DNA from: a virus
Taxonomy: Duplodnaviria; Heunggongvirae; Uroviricota; Caudoviricetes
DNA: 64,000 nt
IMG/VR virus record: IMGVR_UViG_3300008107_000010
Direction: 5' to 3' (one strand)
Part shown: positions 1-8,941 of the stretch, piece by piece
How positions within the stretch are numbered: position 1 is the stretch's first letter
Layout of the letters: each line of letters begins with the position of its first letter
Translations under genes and position numbers: made by a program
The notes under the pieces: model-generated
What the model was told of the DNA's origin: nothing
Database searches by the model: none
Seen by the model: only the letters and a program-made list of their open reading frames with translations

Positions 1-573
1 TGTGCCATTTTGGTTTCCCTGTCCATTATTAGATCCAGTGCTACCTGAGTTATTGCCAGTCCCGCTACCATTGCTAGAACCACTAGACACATTATTGTTA
101 CTATTGTTTCCATTTGATTGGTTATTTTTATTACCACCCTTAGATCCAGAACTAGAATTTCCACCGGTAGAAGTTTGCATACTACCAACACTTCCACCAA
201 GCATATTACTAGTTCCAGTTGCCATATCTGCTAATGATGATAATGAGTTAACAATACCTAAAAAATTAATAGCAGAACTTTGAGCAACTGTTACAGCAGC
301 TGGCATACCAACAACGCTAGCACATGGATTATTATTACCAAACGATGAAAAAACACCTTGCGCCCAAGACTCGAATGTTCCACTGTAAAAGTCTCCTGGC
401 GCAAATGTTCTAATTTGTCCGTAATATGTTACAGTAACTCCATTAGAAGGTACCGATATTGTTTTTATTGCTCCAGTACATGGATCAGTGTATGAATATG
501 AAATTGTCTGTCCATAAGATACTCCTGAAAATAACAAGAAAAACAAGAAGATGATAAGATTTTTAACATACAT
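1..573 (-). CDS. secreted Gly/Ser/Asn-rich low-complexity protein, 3' part cut by the window edge
   Basis: Minus-strand frame is open from the ATG at 573-571 to position 1 with no in-frame stop. N-terminus MYVKNLIIFLF...SGVSYGQT looks like a signal peptide, followed by a G/S/N-rich low-complexity tract. Not in the ORF track because it is unterminated. Confidence 0.4.
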   Translation of the reverse strand, partial: MYVKNLIIFLFFLLFSGVSYGQTISYSYTDPCTGAIKTISVPSNGVTVTYYGQIRTFAPGDFYSGTFESWAQGVFSSFGNNNPCASVVGMPAAVTVAQSSAINFLGIVNSLSSLADMATGTSNMLGGSVGSMQTSTGGNSSSGSKGGNKNNQSNGNNSNNNVSSGSSNGSGTGNNSGSTGSNNGQGNQNGT

Positions 574-574
574 T

Positions 575-1294
575 TTATGATTTAAAGATTCCTTTTTTAA
601 TCATACGACTTACAATTCTTGCTGCTGCTGTTTCTAGTGACTTCTTAGTTGTAATACCAATATGAGATTGATTGAATTTAATTTCACTATCGTCAATTCC
701 ATCTAGAATTGAAACAGTTTTAACCGTTTTAGCCTCTCCTAATCCAGATCCGACTAAAACTTCTCCAGTCTCAGCATCAACAAAGCGAACTTGAAGACCT
801 AAACGCGTAATTTGTGTTGTTTGAGATTGTCCATTAATTTTTACAACCTCATCATCAGATACTGAAAAGTCATATACCTCAATATAAACAAAGTATTTAG
901 CAAGTTTAATTTTACCCTTGCCATCCATTGTATTTTCAGTAAATCCTTTTGCTGATGCTTTAAATTGGTTAATCATTCTTTCTTTGATTTCCAATTTATC
1001 TTCAGTAAATACGAATCGGTTTGTATATTCTAAATATTCTAATACAATATTAGTTACACCAAGACCAACTCTCTTGTCCTTTAATTCAGGGTACATTTCA
1101 TATAGTTCTTCGCTGATTCCAATTTTTAAGATTTGAATTGGAATCTTAATAGTGTCTTTATATTCAGGTACCGAATCAATTGACATTTTCTTTTCAAAGT
1201 CAGCTTGGTACTGCTCAGACTTGATAGTTCCGATCTGAGCAGTTGCCATAGCTACATTGAAAATTAAACAAATTAAAAGTGCTAATTTTTTCAT
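575..1294 (-). CDS. CsgG/LpoB-like periplasmic lipoprotein
   Basis: ORF 575..1342. The probable true start is the internal MKKLALLICLIFNVAMATAQ signal peptide at 1294. The RFVFTEDKLEIKERMINQ and GEAK segments resemble the CsgG family. Confidence 0.4.
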   Translation of the reverse strand: MKKLALLICLIFNVAMATAQIGTIKSEQYQADFEKKMSIDSVPEYKDTIKIPIQILKIGISEELYEMYPELKDKRVGLGVTNIVLEYLEYTNRFVFTEDKLEIKERMINQFKASAKGFTENTMDGKGKIKLAKYFVYIEVYDFSVSDDEVVKINGQSQTTQITRLGLQVRFVDAETGEVLVGSGLGEAKTVKTVSILDGIDDSEIKFNQSHIGITTKKSLETAAARIVSRMIKKGIFKS

Positions 1295-1295
1295 T

Positions 1296-1658
1296 TTAAA
1301 CATCTGTTGTATTTGATAGAGAAACTCCATCTTCTTCATCAACTTTTTGAATTAACATTTTGTCTCTGTCTTCTGAATTGAACCAATAATCTACAACTTT
1401 ATTAAGATTACCAACAAAGGCTCCTAATAAGATTAATAACATTTCTTTCCAATCTTCACCGACAGTTAATCCAAACATAATTCCTGCATTAATTCCTAAT
1501 ACGATAAAGAAAAATAAGAATAATACTATTCCTGTAATTTTCCAACGATTAGATTGCATTTGTTGTAACATAAAATAGAATCGATTTTTATCTTCTACTT
1601 TTATGTAATCTTCTTTACCAAATCCTAACATTTTCTTAATTGACATAAAGATATTCAT
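1296..1658 (-). CDS. small integral membrane protein
   Basis: 120 aa with two hydrophobic segments (IVLFLFFFIVLGINAGIMFGL). No recognisable family. Confidence 0.4.
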   Translation of the reverse strand: MNIFMSIKKMLGFGKEDYIKVEDKNRFYFMLQQMQSNRWKITGIVLFLFFFIVLGINAGIMFGLTVGEDWKEMLLILLGAFVGNLNKVVDYWFNSEDRDKMLIQKVDEEDGVSLSNTTDV

Positions 1659-1665
1659 TTATTTT

Positions 1666-2007
1666 TTACCAAGGAGCGTCTTCAGTTTCGCTCTTTTTCT
1701 CTTTTTTCTTCTCTTCTTTCTTTTCAGTTGCTGGTTTTTCAACAACTCTTTCACGAATGATCGTGTTAGTTCCACCACCATTTGATGAATTATTTTGAGA
1801 TGAGTTATCAACATTTAAGTTAATAACAGGTTGCGCTGGAGCAGCTTGTTCAGTTTTGGTTTCTTCCTTATCGTCACCACCATTGAAAAGTGTAGTAGTA
1901 ACCCAAGTACCGCCAGCTAAAACTGCTGTTGAAAGAGTACCGATTAAGGTTTTCTTTAAACCTGACCAAGTACCATCATTAGTCTCTACGTTTTGTTCGT
2001 CTGACAT
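1666..2007 (-). CDS. membrane-anchored Lys/Glu-rich protein
   Basis: 113 aa with one TM-like segment (LIGTLSTAVLAGGTWVTTTLF) and an EKKEEKKKEKK tail. Confidence 0.35.
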   Translation of the reverse strand: MSDEQNVETNDGTWSGLKKTLIGTLSTAVLAGGTWVTTTLFNGGDDKEETKTEQAAPAQPVINLNVDNSSQNNSSNGGGTNTIIRERVVEKPATEKKEEKKKEKKSETEDAPW

Positions 2008-2028
2008 AGTAATTAATATTTGTTTTGT

Positions 2029-3960
2029 TTAGTTTTTAATAATTCTAACCGATCCCTTTTGACCAGTTGCTTGTAAAGTTCCAAAATATAAGCCTTGCGC
2101 GACATGATTGATATTAAAATCATAATTATAAACTCCAGCAGGCATATCTTTATCAAAAATAACATGTATTGGTCGACCATTCATATCATATACTTCTAAT
2201 CTAACTCGACCTGTATTTTTAACTTCGAATTTAATATTTGCGTAACCAGTGGTTGGATTTGGATAAACCATCATTTTAGTTTCTTCTTCAGTTACACCAA
2301 TTACGCTTGGCGCTGACATTTTAAATACAACTAAAATACCATTAGTTGGAGAAACTGATAAATCTTTAGAATTTACATCTCCTGAAAACTTTCTAGTAGT
2401 TGCAAGAGGTGACTGACCCCATTGATTTTGTGGTCTTTTTGCAATAAATCTTAGTTTAAAAACTTCATATCCGTCAGGAATCATATAATCTTTATTTGCA
2501 GATGGGTCATAACCTGCCCATTCAATCATATCGTCCATTGGATTAAGAGAAGACATCCAAAACATTGCTTTTGGCGAGTTTTTAATATCTTTAAATTCTA
2601 ATAAACTATCATTATAAATTAAACCTAATTGAAGTGAAGATACTTCTAAACCATTAGTATTAACAACTACTGGAAGTTCAACTAAGTTGCCTTCAGTAAC
2701 TGTTAGGTGTGGTAGGTTCACTTCAATATTGTTAGTTGGAAAATCATATTCAACCTTCATGTCAATCACATTTTCAATAGCGGCTGGTGTGCCGGGTTGA
2801 GGATTTGTGGTAACTTCAATTGGCGTTAAACGCGCCATGTTATAACCAGTACCGTTCGCATCACCAGGAACTAGAACATAGAATTGAACTGAATCAGGTT
2901 GACCTGGTAAAATATTATAATAGAAATTAGTTACACCAGGAATAGATGAAGTATAGTTAGTTGCAGGTGTACCAGTGATAGTATTCTTTTCAGATACTGT
3001 AAAGAATTTAACATCTTTTACACCATTGGGCCAAACTGAAAATCTTCCGGCAATTCTACCAAATACGCCATAAGCATCGGTGATTGAGATATTATTAGAT
3101 CCATTAACATCGCCAGTGTAGAAATCCCACGCTGATGGAGTTGCAGATCCTAGTACCCATTGATTAATTAATTGAGCATCTGCTGTTGAAATTACGTTGC
3201 CAACAGTCATTGTATCACCTTTAATTGCTAAACGAACATCATAGTATGTTGTATCAATTAATTCAGTAAATGCAAAATCGCCATTTAAATCAGTAGTGTA
3301 AGATGCATGTTGAGACCAAGTTGATCCAGTTTTAACTTTCTTTTCTAATGCCAATGTTAGGTTTTTAGCACCAGTTCCAGTTACGTTTGTAAATGTACCA
3401 TGGAAATTAAGTTCTGGCTTTTCCCATACACCACCATAACTATGTAAAGTTAAAGTTGTGTCCATACCATCTTGAGTAGCTGCAACTTGAGAATACGTTG
3501 CAGAACCAGTCCATGTTAAATCAGAAATTGCAGAAAGAGCATAGAAAGAAGATGCAGTAACGTGTGTGAATGTCATTTCAAATCTTTCTCCATCTGGAAT
3601 TTCATACGTAGATGACGAACCTGTATAAACAACAGTAGCGGTAAGATAACCGCCAGCATTATTGTCAACAAATTGTAAGTTTAAGTTTGATGTAGAACCT
3701 AATAGAGCAATAGAAGCTGCTGAAAAGGCATTTTTATCATAAAAAATTCTAAACTGATAACCAGTTATTAGAGTTGAAGTGGTGTTTTGAACTGTTAATT
3801 TGGCTTTTGATTGAGCCTGAATACTAGTACCGACTTGGTATGTTGTATCGATAATAACATAGATTCCATTACCTGGTGCCGGAGGTCCTGTTTGAGAGAA
3901 ACCAACGAATGGAGTAATGAAAGCTAATAGAACGAGTAGATTCTTTAAAAAGTTTTTCAT
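2029..3960 (-). CDS. secreted protein with T9SS (Por) C-terminal sorting domain
   Basis: N-terminal signal peptide MKNFLKNLLVLLAFITPFVGFSQ. The C-terminal ~80 aa (VYPNPTTGYANIKFEV...LEVYDMNGRPIHV...AGVYNYDFN...GLYFGTLQATGQKGSVRIIKN) match the Bacteroidota T9SS CTD pattern (YPNP...vYd..G......GvY......G.Yf). The middle is Thr/Ser-rich and beta-rich. Confidence 0.7.
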   Translation of the reverse strand: MKNFLKNLLVLLAFITPFVGFSQTGPPAPGNGIYVIIDTTYQVGTSIQAQSKAKLTVQNTTSTLITGYQFRIFYDKNAFSAASIALLGSTSNLNLQFVDNNAGGYLTATVVYTGSSSTYEIPDGERFEMTFTHVTASSFYALSAISDLTWTGSATYSQVAATQDGMDTTLTLHSYGGVWEKPELNFHGTFTNVTGTGAKNLTLALEKKVKTGSTWSQHASYTTDLNGDFAFTELIDTTYYDVRLAIKGDTMTVGNVISTADAQLINQWVLGSATPSAWDFYTGDVNGSNNISITDAYGVFGRIAGRFSVWPNGVKDVKFFTVSEKNTITGTPATNYTSSIPGVTNFYYNILPGQPDSVQFYVLVPGDANGTGYNMARLTPIEVTTNPQPGTPAAIENVIDMKVEYDFPTNNIEVNLPHLTVTEGNLVELPVVVNTNGLEVSSLQLGLIYNDSLLEFKDIKNSPKAMFWMSSLNPMDDMIEWAGYDPSANKDYMIPDGYEVFKLRFIAKRPQNQWGQSPLATTRKFSGDVNSKDLSVSPTNGILVVFKMSAPSVIGVTEEETKMMVYPNPTTGYANIKFEVKNTGRVRLEVYDMNGRPIHVIFDKDMPAGVYNYDFNINHVAQGLYFGTLQATGQKGSVRIIKN

Positions 3961-3973
3961 TTTTTATTTTAGA

Positions 3974-4795
3974 TTATTTTAAAAGGTTGTAGTATTCTTT
4001 GAAATGCTTAATACGATCAGCAAGACCAATTGTACCACCGTTTACTCTTTTAGTTACTGCAGTAACTGTAGCATCATCAGCACCTCTATCACAAATAGAC
4101 CATAATCCATTTGAATTAAAGAAGAATGCAGCAGAAGCTAAAGGATATTTAGTTGCAACTAAATCAGGATTTGCAATAGTATCTTCACCAATAAATTTAG
4201 CAAAGTTTGTGTAGTTTGATTTACCAGTTAATTGGATATAACCTCTACCACGGAATTTAAATCCTTCTTTTGATGCCTCATCTCCATTACCCATTCTAGA
4301 TGCGTAAACCTTTGATGCAATTTTTTCAGGGTTTCTAGCATATCCAGCTGCTGTAGTTGCATTGAAATACTTTCCAAAGATTTTTACTAATCCATCAGCT
4401 GAATAATTAAGATTTTCTGAAACTGCCCTGAAGCCGCCACTTTCATGTCCACATTGTGCTAGAAAATGAGCAAGTCTTAATGTATTTGTAATTCCAAACT
4501 TAGCAGCAGTATCTGGAATTTGTGCAATAACGGCGTCAGGAATATGTCCTTTTAAAGCCTCTAACTTAAATTGAGAAGCTGGAATTGAAACTGGAGCTGC
4601 GGTCGATGCAGAAGATCCGAACATCTTTCCCCAAGTTCCATCACCAACAATACCATCTGGTGTTAAACCATTTTTTGATTGCCAAGCTTTTACAGCTTCA
4701 GCAGTATTTGGCCCAAATGAACCATCGGCCTTAAGGCCTAATTTTTCTTGTAATTTTTTAACGTCCTCACCTGAAGACCCTACTTTTAGTAACAT
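3974..4795 (-). CDS. endolysin: peptidoglycan-binding domain fused to a GH19/chitinase-like muramidase
   Basis: N-terminal PG_binding_1-like repeat (GSSGEDVKKLQEKLGL.ADG.FGP.T..AVKAWQ). Catalytic region has the GH19/COG3179 signature AHFLAQCGHESGGF. Confidence 0.75.
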   Translation of the reverse strand: MLLKVGSSGEDVKKLQEKLGLKADGSFGPNTAEAVKAWQSKNGLTPDGIVGDGTWGKMFGSSASTAAPVSIPASQFKLEALKGHIPDAVIAQIPDTAAKFGITNTLRLAHFLAQCGHESGGFRAVSENLNYSADGLVKIFGKYFNATTAAGYARNPEKIASKVYASRMGNGDEASKEGFKFRGRGYIQLTGKSNYTNFAKFIGEDTIANPDLVATKYPLASAAFFFNSNGLWSICDRGADDATVTAVTKRVNGGTIGLADRIKHFKEYYNLLK

Positions 4796-4815
4796 AGTAT
4801 ATCAAATTATTTTTC

Positions 4816-5112
4816 TTATTCTGCTGTTTCTTCTGCTGATTCTTGAGAAGTTGCTTTCTTTACATCTTTTTTAGCAGCTGTAAATTTATCAATTGAAGAT
4901 AAACCTAAGCAACCAAAAGCTAAAAGAGCAACTGCATCTACAAGGTAAGGAGCAGGAGCAACATCAACAGTTGAAAAACTATTGTGATACATTGTTACAC
5001 AAAGCGCTACAGCACACATAATGCCGACAAAACGTTTTGATGATGGGGTTCCAGACTCGTCTTTGAACAAGCCGCCAACCCATTTTACAGAGTTTTCGAT
5101 TAATTTTTTCAT
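4816..5112 (-). CDS. holin-like small membrane protein
   Basis: 98 aa with two TM segments (FVGIMCAVALCVTMY; AVALLAFGCLGL) and a charged C-terminal tail. It lies directly upstream of the endolysin. Confidence 0.45.
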   Translation of the reverse strand: MKKLIENSVKWVGGLFKDESGTPSSKRFVGIMCAVALCVTMYHNSFSTVDVAPAPYLVDAVALLAFGCLGLSSIDKFTAAKKDVKKATSQESAEETAE

Positions 5113-5156
5113 GACCTAATTGCGATTTTAATTTAAACTGAGTTGGGTTCAGTTTG

Positions 5157-5167
5157 CTTTATATATC
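5157..5167 (-). promoter_or_regulatory. late-type promoter-like motif (minus strand GATATATAAAG) upstream of the holin
   Basis: Plus-strand ctttatatatc is identical to the motif at 15476-15486 and similar to motifs upstream of capsid, sheath and tube genes. Confidence 0.4.
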
Positions 5168-5184
5168 ATTTTAATATAAAGGAA

Positions 5185-5208
5185 AAGGGACTCAGAAATG
5201 AGTCCCTT
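5185..5208 (-). terminator. intrinsic terminator hairpin (10-bp stem, GAAA loop)
   Basis: aagggactca-gaaa-tgagtccctt, followed on the minus strand by TTCCTTTATATT. Lies after the nuclease gene. Confidence 0.5.
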
Positions 5209-5231
5209 CTAAGATTAGTTGTAAAAATATT

Positions 5232-5849
5232 TTATCTGCAGTTACATTTAAATTTAGTGTAATCTGAATTTATTGGCTTGACATTTGGAAAGAAATAACA
5301 GTCAATAGTATTTCCATATTTAATAGTTTTATAGAATCCGGTTGGAATTGCAGCACCAGATGACAATCTAGTTATTTTCTTGAATTCAACTTGGATTGTA
5401 ACATATACATCATATCTTTTTGCTAGCTCACGTTCTTGAATTTCTAGCATCTTCCATGGACCACGATTTAGGCTTTGTTGTTGAAGTGCTGAATTAGCGT
5501 ATGAGAAAGTTGTACGTAGCATTGTTGTGTTACAGTTAAACGATGCAGCAGGGGCCATGTGACCTTTATCCCATTCGTTTGCAACATAATCAGCATTATC
5601 AGAAGTTTTAAGACCTGGTACCGTATAGAAATCCATACCCGATCTTGATGCAGTTCCAGTTGGACATAAAACTTTATATTCAACAGCTCTAGGTTGTTCT
5701 AACACCTCTGAATAGAGAATCTTAAAGTATTCATTTTGAACTACAACACTGTCTCGAAGAGTTTGTGACCACCCAGTGACAGCAGACAAGGTGATTAATA
5801 GAAATAATAATAATTTTTTCATTAGTCTGGTTTTATTTATTAGCTTCAA
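5232..5849 (-). CDS. secreted DNA/RNA non-specific endonuclease (Serratia NucA family)
   Basis: Signal peptide at the N-terminus. Active-site motif WDKGHMAPAA (the DRGH motif) plus a downstream NRGPW..LE motif. Confidence 0.7.
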   Translation of the reverse strand: MKLINKTRLMKKLLLFLLITLSAVTGWSQTLRDSVVVQNEYFKILYSEVLEQPRAVEYKVLCPTGTASRSGMDFYTVPGLKTSDNADYVANEWDKGHMAPAASFNCNTTMLRTTFSYANSALQQQSLNRGPWKMLEIQERELAKRYDVYVTIQVEFKKITRLSSGAAIPTGFYKTIKYGNTIDCYFFPNVKPINSDYTKFKCNCR

Positions 5850-6075
5850 TCAATATAGTAATACCAGCTGCTCCAGCCGATATCATATATTTATTGTATC
5901 TATTATCATTTAACCAGCCATATTTTTTAAACTCAAATATGATAGTATCTTTATCCTCAAACCAGACATGTATCGCATTTGTTGCATAATCTATTGATGG
6001 ATGTTTCATTAAACCCAATTTCCAACTTTCTCTATATTCTTCCTTTAATTCGTCGGGTGTTATATGAATAATCAT
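5833..6075 (-). CDS. hypothetical protein
   Basis: 80-aa ORF with no recognisable motifs. Confidence 0.3.
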   Translation of the reverse strand: MIIHITPDELKEEYRESWKLGLMKHPSIDYATNAIHVWFEDKDTIIFEFKKYGWLNDNRYNKYMISAGAAGITILIEANK

Positions 6076-6462
6076 TTACTTTTGATATTTTTCCTTGACT
6101 CTTTGGGAAATTGGAATTGCAGCTCCGTGGTCATCGATTCTAACAAATTTAATCTTAGTTGATAAAATTACAGTTTGTTCTCCAGAATAGACATTATGTG
6201 CTCTTGCCTCAAGATAGAGAGTTATTGAAGTGTTACCAATTTCAAATACTTCCCCATAAATTTTAAGTAGTTGACCTTCTCTTGCTGGTTTGGTAAAAAC
6301 ACATTCATCGATTTTGATTGTAACCATTCTAGGAGTATCGCATACTTCCATTGCAAGAGCAGCTCCAGCCGCATCAATCCATGCCATTAATTTTCCGCCA
6401 AAAAGATTAGCATGAAAACCAAGATCGGCTTTTTTAATTGGGTGTGTTGATATTAATTGCAT
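6076..6462 (-). CDS. acyl-CoA thioesterase, hotdog fold (YciA-like)
   Basis: HANLFGGKLMAWIDAAGA...VTIKIDECVFTKPAREGQLL matches the 4HBT/YciA pattern. Confidence 0.6.
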   Translation of the reverse strand: MQLISTHPIKKADLGFHANLFGGKLMAWIDAAGAALAMEVCDTPRMVTIKIDECVFTKPAREGQLLKIYGEVFEIGNTSITLYLEARAHNVYSGEQTVILSTKIKFVRIDDHGAAIPISQRVKEKYQK

Positions 6463-6731
6463 TATTCAGTCTCGTCAGAAATTATATTACCATATTGTTC
6501 AGCTGCCTTTGGATTTCGCTCTAGAAAAATTTGATATGCAACTTCATATCTTCCTAACTCCACTTCAAGTGGAAATATTTCGTAATTTAATGAATCTAAT
6601 TGATACTGTAGAGAATCGATCTTTTTCTTATCTGCAATTGATTGTTCTTTTAATTCAGATAGTGAAATACTTTGATATGATAGTATTCCAATGATAAAGA
6701 CGACAAGAACTGCAAGAAATCCATTTTTCAT
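6462..6731 (-). CDS. small membrane-anchored coiled-coil protein
   Basis: N-terminal TM segment followed by a heptad-like region. Confidence 0.35.
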   Translation of the reverse strand: MKNGFLAVLVVFIIGILSYQSISLSELKEQSIADKKKIDSLQYQLDSLNYEIFPLEVELGRYEVAYQIFLERNPKAAEQYGNIISDETE

Positions 6732-6743
6732 ATAGTATTTATT

Positions 6744-7871
6744 TTAATTACTTAAAGGTGCCTTAATTTCAGGCTGTGATTTATAGTTTACTAATTTAAT
6801 TGAGTTTCTATCAATTTTTTCAAAAGCAGTTATGTACCCTTGAGTTTTTTCGTATTCAAAATCCAAATTAATAGTTGGTAGTTCTAAAGGTTCTCGACCA
6901 ATTTGTTCTTTTGCCTGCTCAAGATGATTTAAATACAAATGAGTATCTCCAAGATTTCCAATTAATTCATCAGGAACCATGTTAACTCTCTTAGCCAACA
7001 TTTCCAATAATAGACCATAAGAAGCAATATTAAATGGTAAACCTAAGAATGTATCGACTGATCGTTGATTCCACATTAAAGAGATTGCTCGTTTTGGAAC
7101 AGGGTATAGTTTATCAATTTCATCATGGTCAATTTTAGCAGGATGACCAAAATCAAATGGGTCGAATACGCTATATGTTTTTGCTGCTAAATCTAATCTT
7201 TCTGATACATTTAGCTCTCTTGTATAAACTTGAAATCCATAATGACAGGGTGGAAGTGTCATTTTATCAAGATCTGCAACATTCCAAGCGTTAACCATCA
7301 GGCGTCTAGAATCTGGATTCCTTTCAAGATCTGCAATAAGTCGAAGTATTTGGTCATACCAAAGAGAACCATGCCCAGTTGAACCATCATTATTTTTATA
7401 TTGCATCCAACCTTGCCATTGTCTCCATTGTTTACCATAAACTGGGCCAAGTTCTCCCCAAACTTTTGAGAATTCTGGCCAATTCTTAATTGCATCAACA
7501 AATTCAGATTCGGTCATAATACGAATCTTAGACTCTTCAAGATCCTCAACATGAACACTCATATCTGGCTCTTCTAAGTTAGAGGCATACTGTTTATATT
7601 TCTTGTAGGCATCTCCATTCCAAATATTACAACCATTATCAACAAGATATTTGATATTAGTGTCGCCCTGTAAAAACCAAAGCAGTTCAGTTACCATTGA
7701 CTTAAATGCCATTTTCTTAGTTGTCAAAAGAGGATAACCTTCGGACATTTTATGGCGGATCTGGCGACCAAAAACAGAAATCGTACCAGTTCCAGTACGA
7801 TCTTTTTTAACTATGCCATTTTCAAGAATATCTTTTAATAAAGCTTGATATTGTTTATCTATGTTATTCAT
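6744..7871 (-). CDS. thyA: thymidylate synthase family enzyme (ThyA or pyrimidine hydroxymethylase) with three insertions
   Basis: DRTGTGT, LLWFLQGDTN, GPVYGKQWR, catalytic PCH, GLPFNIASY and GDTHLY all align closely with E. coli ThyA. It is 375 aa versus 264 because of about 45, 12 and 35 aa insertions. Confidence 0.8.
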   Translation of the reverse strand: MNNIDKQYQALLKDILENGIVKKDRTGTGTISVFGRQIRHKMSEGYPLLTTKKMAFKSMVTELLWFLQGDTNIKYLVDNGCNIWNGDAYKKYKQYASNLEEPDMSVHVEDLEESKIRIMTESEFVDAIKNWPEFSKVWGELGPVYGKQWRQWQGWMQYKNNDGSTGHGSLWYDQILRLIADLERNPDSRRLMVNAWNVADLDKMTLPPCHYGFQVYTRELNVSERLDLAAKTYSVFDPFDFGHPAKIDHDEIDKLYPVPKRAISLMWNQRSVDTFLGLPFNIASYGLLLEMLAKRVNMVPDELIGNLGDTHLYLNHLEQAKEQIGREPLELPTINLDFEYEKTQGYITAFEKIDRNSIKLVNYKSQPEIKAPLSN

Positions 7872-8220
7872 GTTCTGTTAATTTGCGAATATTTACTTTG
7901 ATAATTCCGGCACTTAATTTAGCAATTGATTTAAACGCAGCTAATGATAAATCTATTTTGTTATTTTTAATAGCTCCGCCTCGATCATTTACCCTGACGA
8001 CGACGGATTTACCATTTGTTAAGTTAGTAATTTCTAAAAGATCACCAAATCTAAATTTAGAATCAGCAGCGCATGTTAGAGCATTCATGTCATAAACTTC
8101 GCCAGAAGCTGTTTTTCTACCATGATGTTGTGTGCTGTAATAAGTTGCAGTTCCAGTAACTTGTGTAAATCCATAAACACAAATTAATAGGAATGCAAAA
8201 ATAAGAATTTTAATGTACAT
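7864..8220 (-). CDS. RlpA-like double-psi beta-barrel (DPBB) secreted protein
   Basis: Signal peptide. ATYYSTQHHGRKTASGEVYD...TCAA...GDLLEITNLTNGKSVVVRVNDRG...IDLSLAAF matches the RlpA/3D domain. Confidence 0.6.
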   Translation of the reverse strand: MYIKILIFAFLLICVYGFTQVTGTATYYSTQHHGRKTASGEVYDMNALTCAADSKFRFGDLLEITNLTNGKSVVVRVNDRGGAIKNNKIDLSLAAFKSIAKLSAGIIKVNIRKLTEHE

Positions 8221-8328
8221 AATTATCTTTATTTTTATAAAAGAATGCCTCTATAAAGATAATAGTTGCCACAACCGGAGTTATGATAGTTCCAAATAAA
8301 AATGCTGTAATTCCGGTTAATGCTCGTC

Positions 8329-8649
8329 TCATATTGATTGAATGTATGTGATTAATGTAAGTGACAACTTATAACCTGTAAAGGCTCCAATTGCAGATGG
8401 AATTGGGAAAACAATAAGCTTTCCCAAGTCCGTTACGTATTTTGGACGATTAACAATTCGTCCCATATATGAATAATAAACTAAATATCCGATTAAAACT
8501 GCTAAATCAGTTCTAGTTGAAATAAAAACTACTAGAATTGCACCTAAAAATCCAAAGATAAAGTTATCACGGACTCCTTCCCAAATCTCTTTGGTCGTGG
8601 CTTCATTCCACTCTTTAACAATTTTATGATATTTAGTCTTCTTAGACAT
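8329..8649 (-). CDS. membrane protein
   Basis: Two TM helices. The start is probably the internal Met. Confidence 0.3.
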   Translation of the reverse strand: MSKKTKYHKIVKEWNEATTKEIWEGVRDNFIFGFLGAILVVFISTRTDLAVLIGYLVYYSYMGRIVNRPKYVTDLGKLIVFPIPSAIGAFTGYKLSLTLITYIQSI

Positions 8650-8836
8650 ATTTGTTAAATATTGCTTTTGCTTTTTCGATTTCTTCTGGATTGTCTTCAC
8701 TTTCCAAAAGAGTCATAATAATAGTTGTAGCCTCTTCTTCGCTACATTTTGTTTCAATGATTTCAATATACTTTTCAACATCTACTTCTAATGTGTCAGC
8801 AATCACCTGATCCATTATATCGAAAAATCCTTGCAT
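8642..8836 (-). CDS. small acidic protein
   Basis: 64 aa, acidic. Confidence 0.3.
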   Translation of the reverse strand: MQGFFDIMDQVIADTLEVDVEKYIEIIETKCSEEEATTIIMTLLESEDNPEEIEKAKAIFNKYV

Positions 8837-8941
8837 TGTTAATCTTTTTTAGATGTGCTACTTGTTGATTTAAATAACAAGTGAAATAGAATATTAATTC
8901 CTAGAGCTTGCCAAAACCCAATTTCATGAACTCCATCTACT

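Noticed and set aside
2-283. Plus-strand 93-aa ORF (GTG start, Pro/Leu-rich low complexity)
   Set aside because: It is the antisense of the G/S/N-rich minus-strand ORF. Its composition is typical of a shadow frame.
1-5849. Possibility that the left end is host chromosome (prophage junction)
   Set aside because: It has the same strand and packing density as the phage genes, contains the lysis cassette and late-type motif, and shows no integrase, att-like repeat or tRNA boundary.
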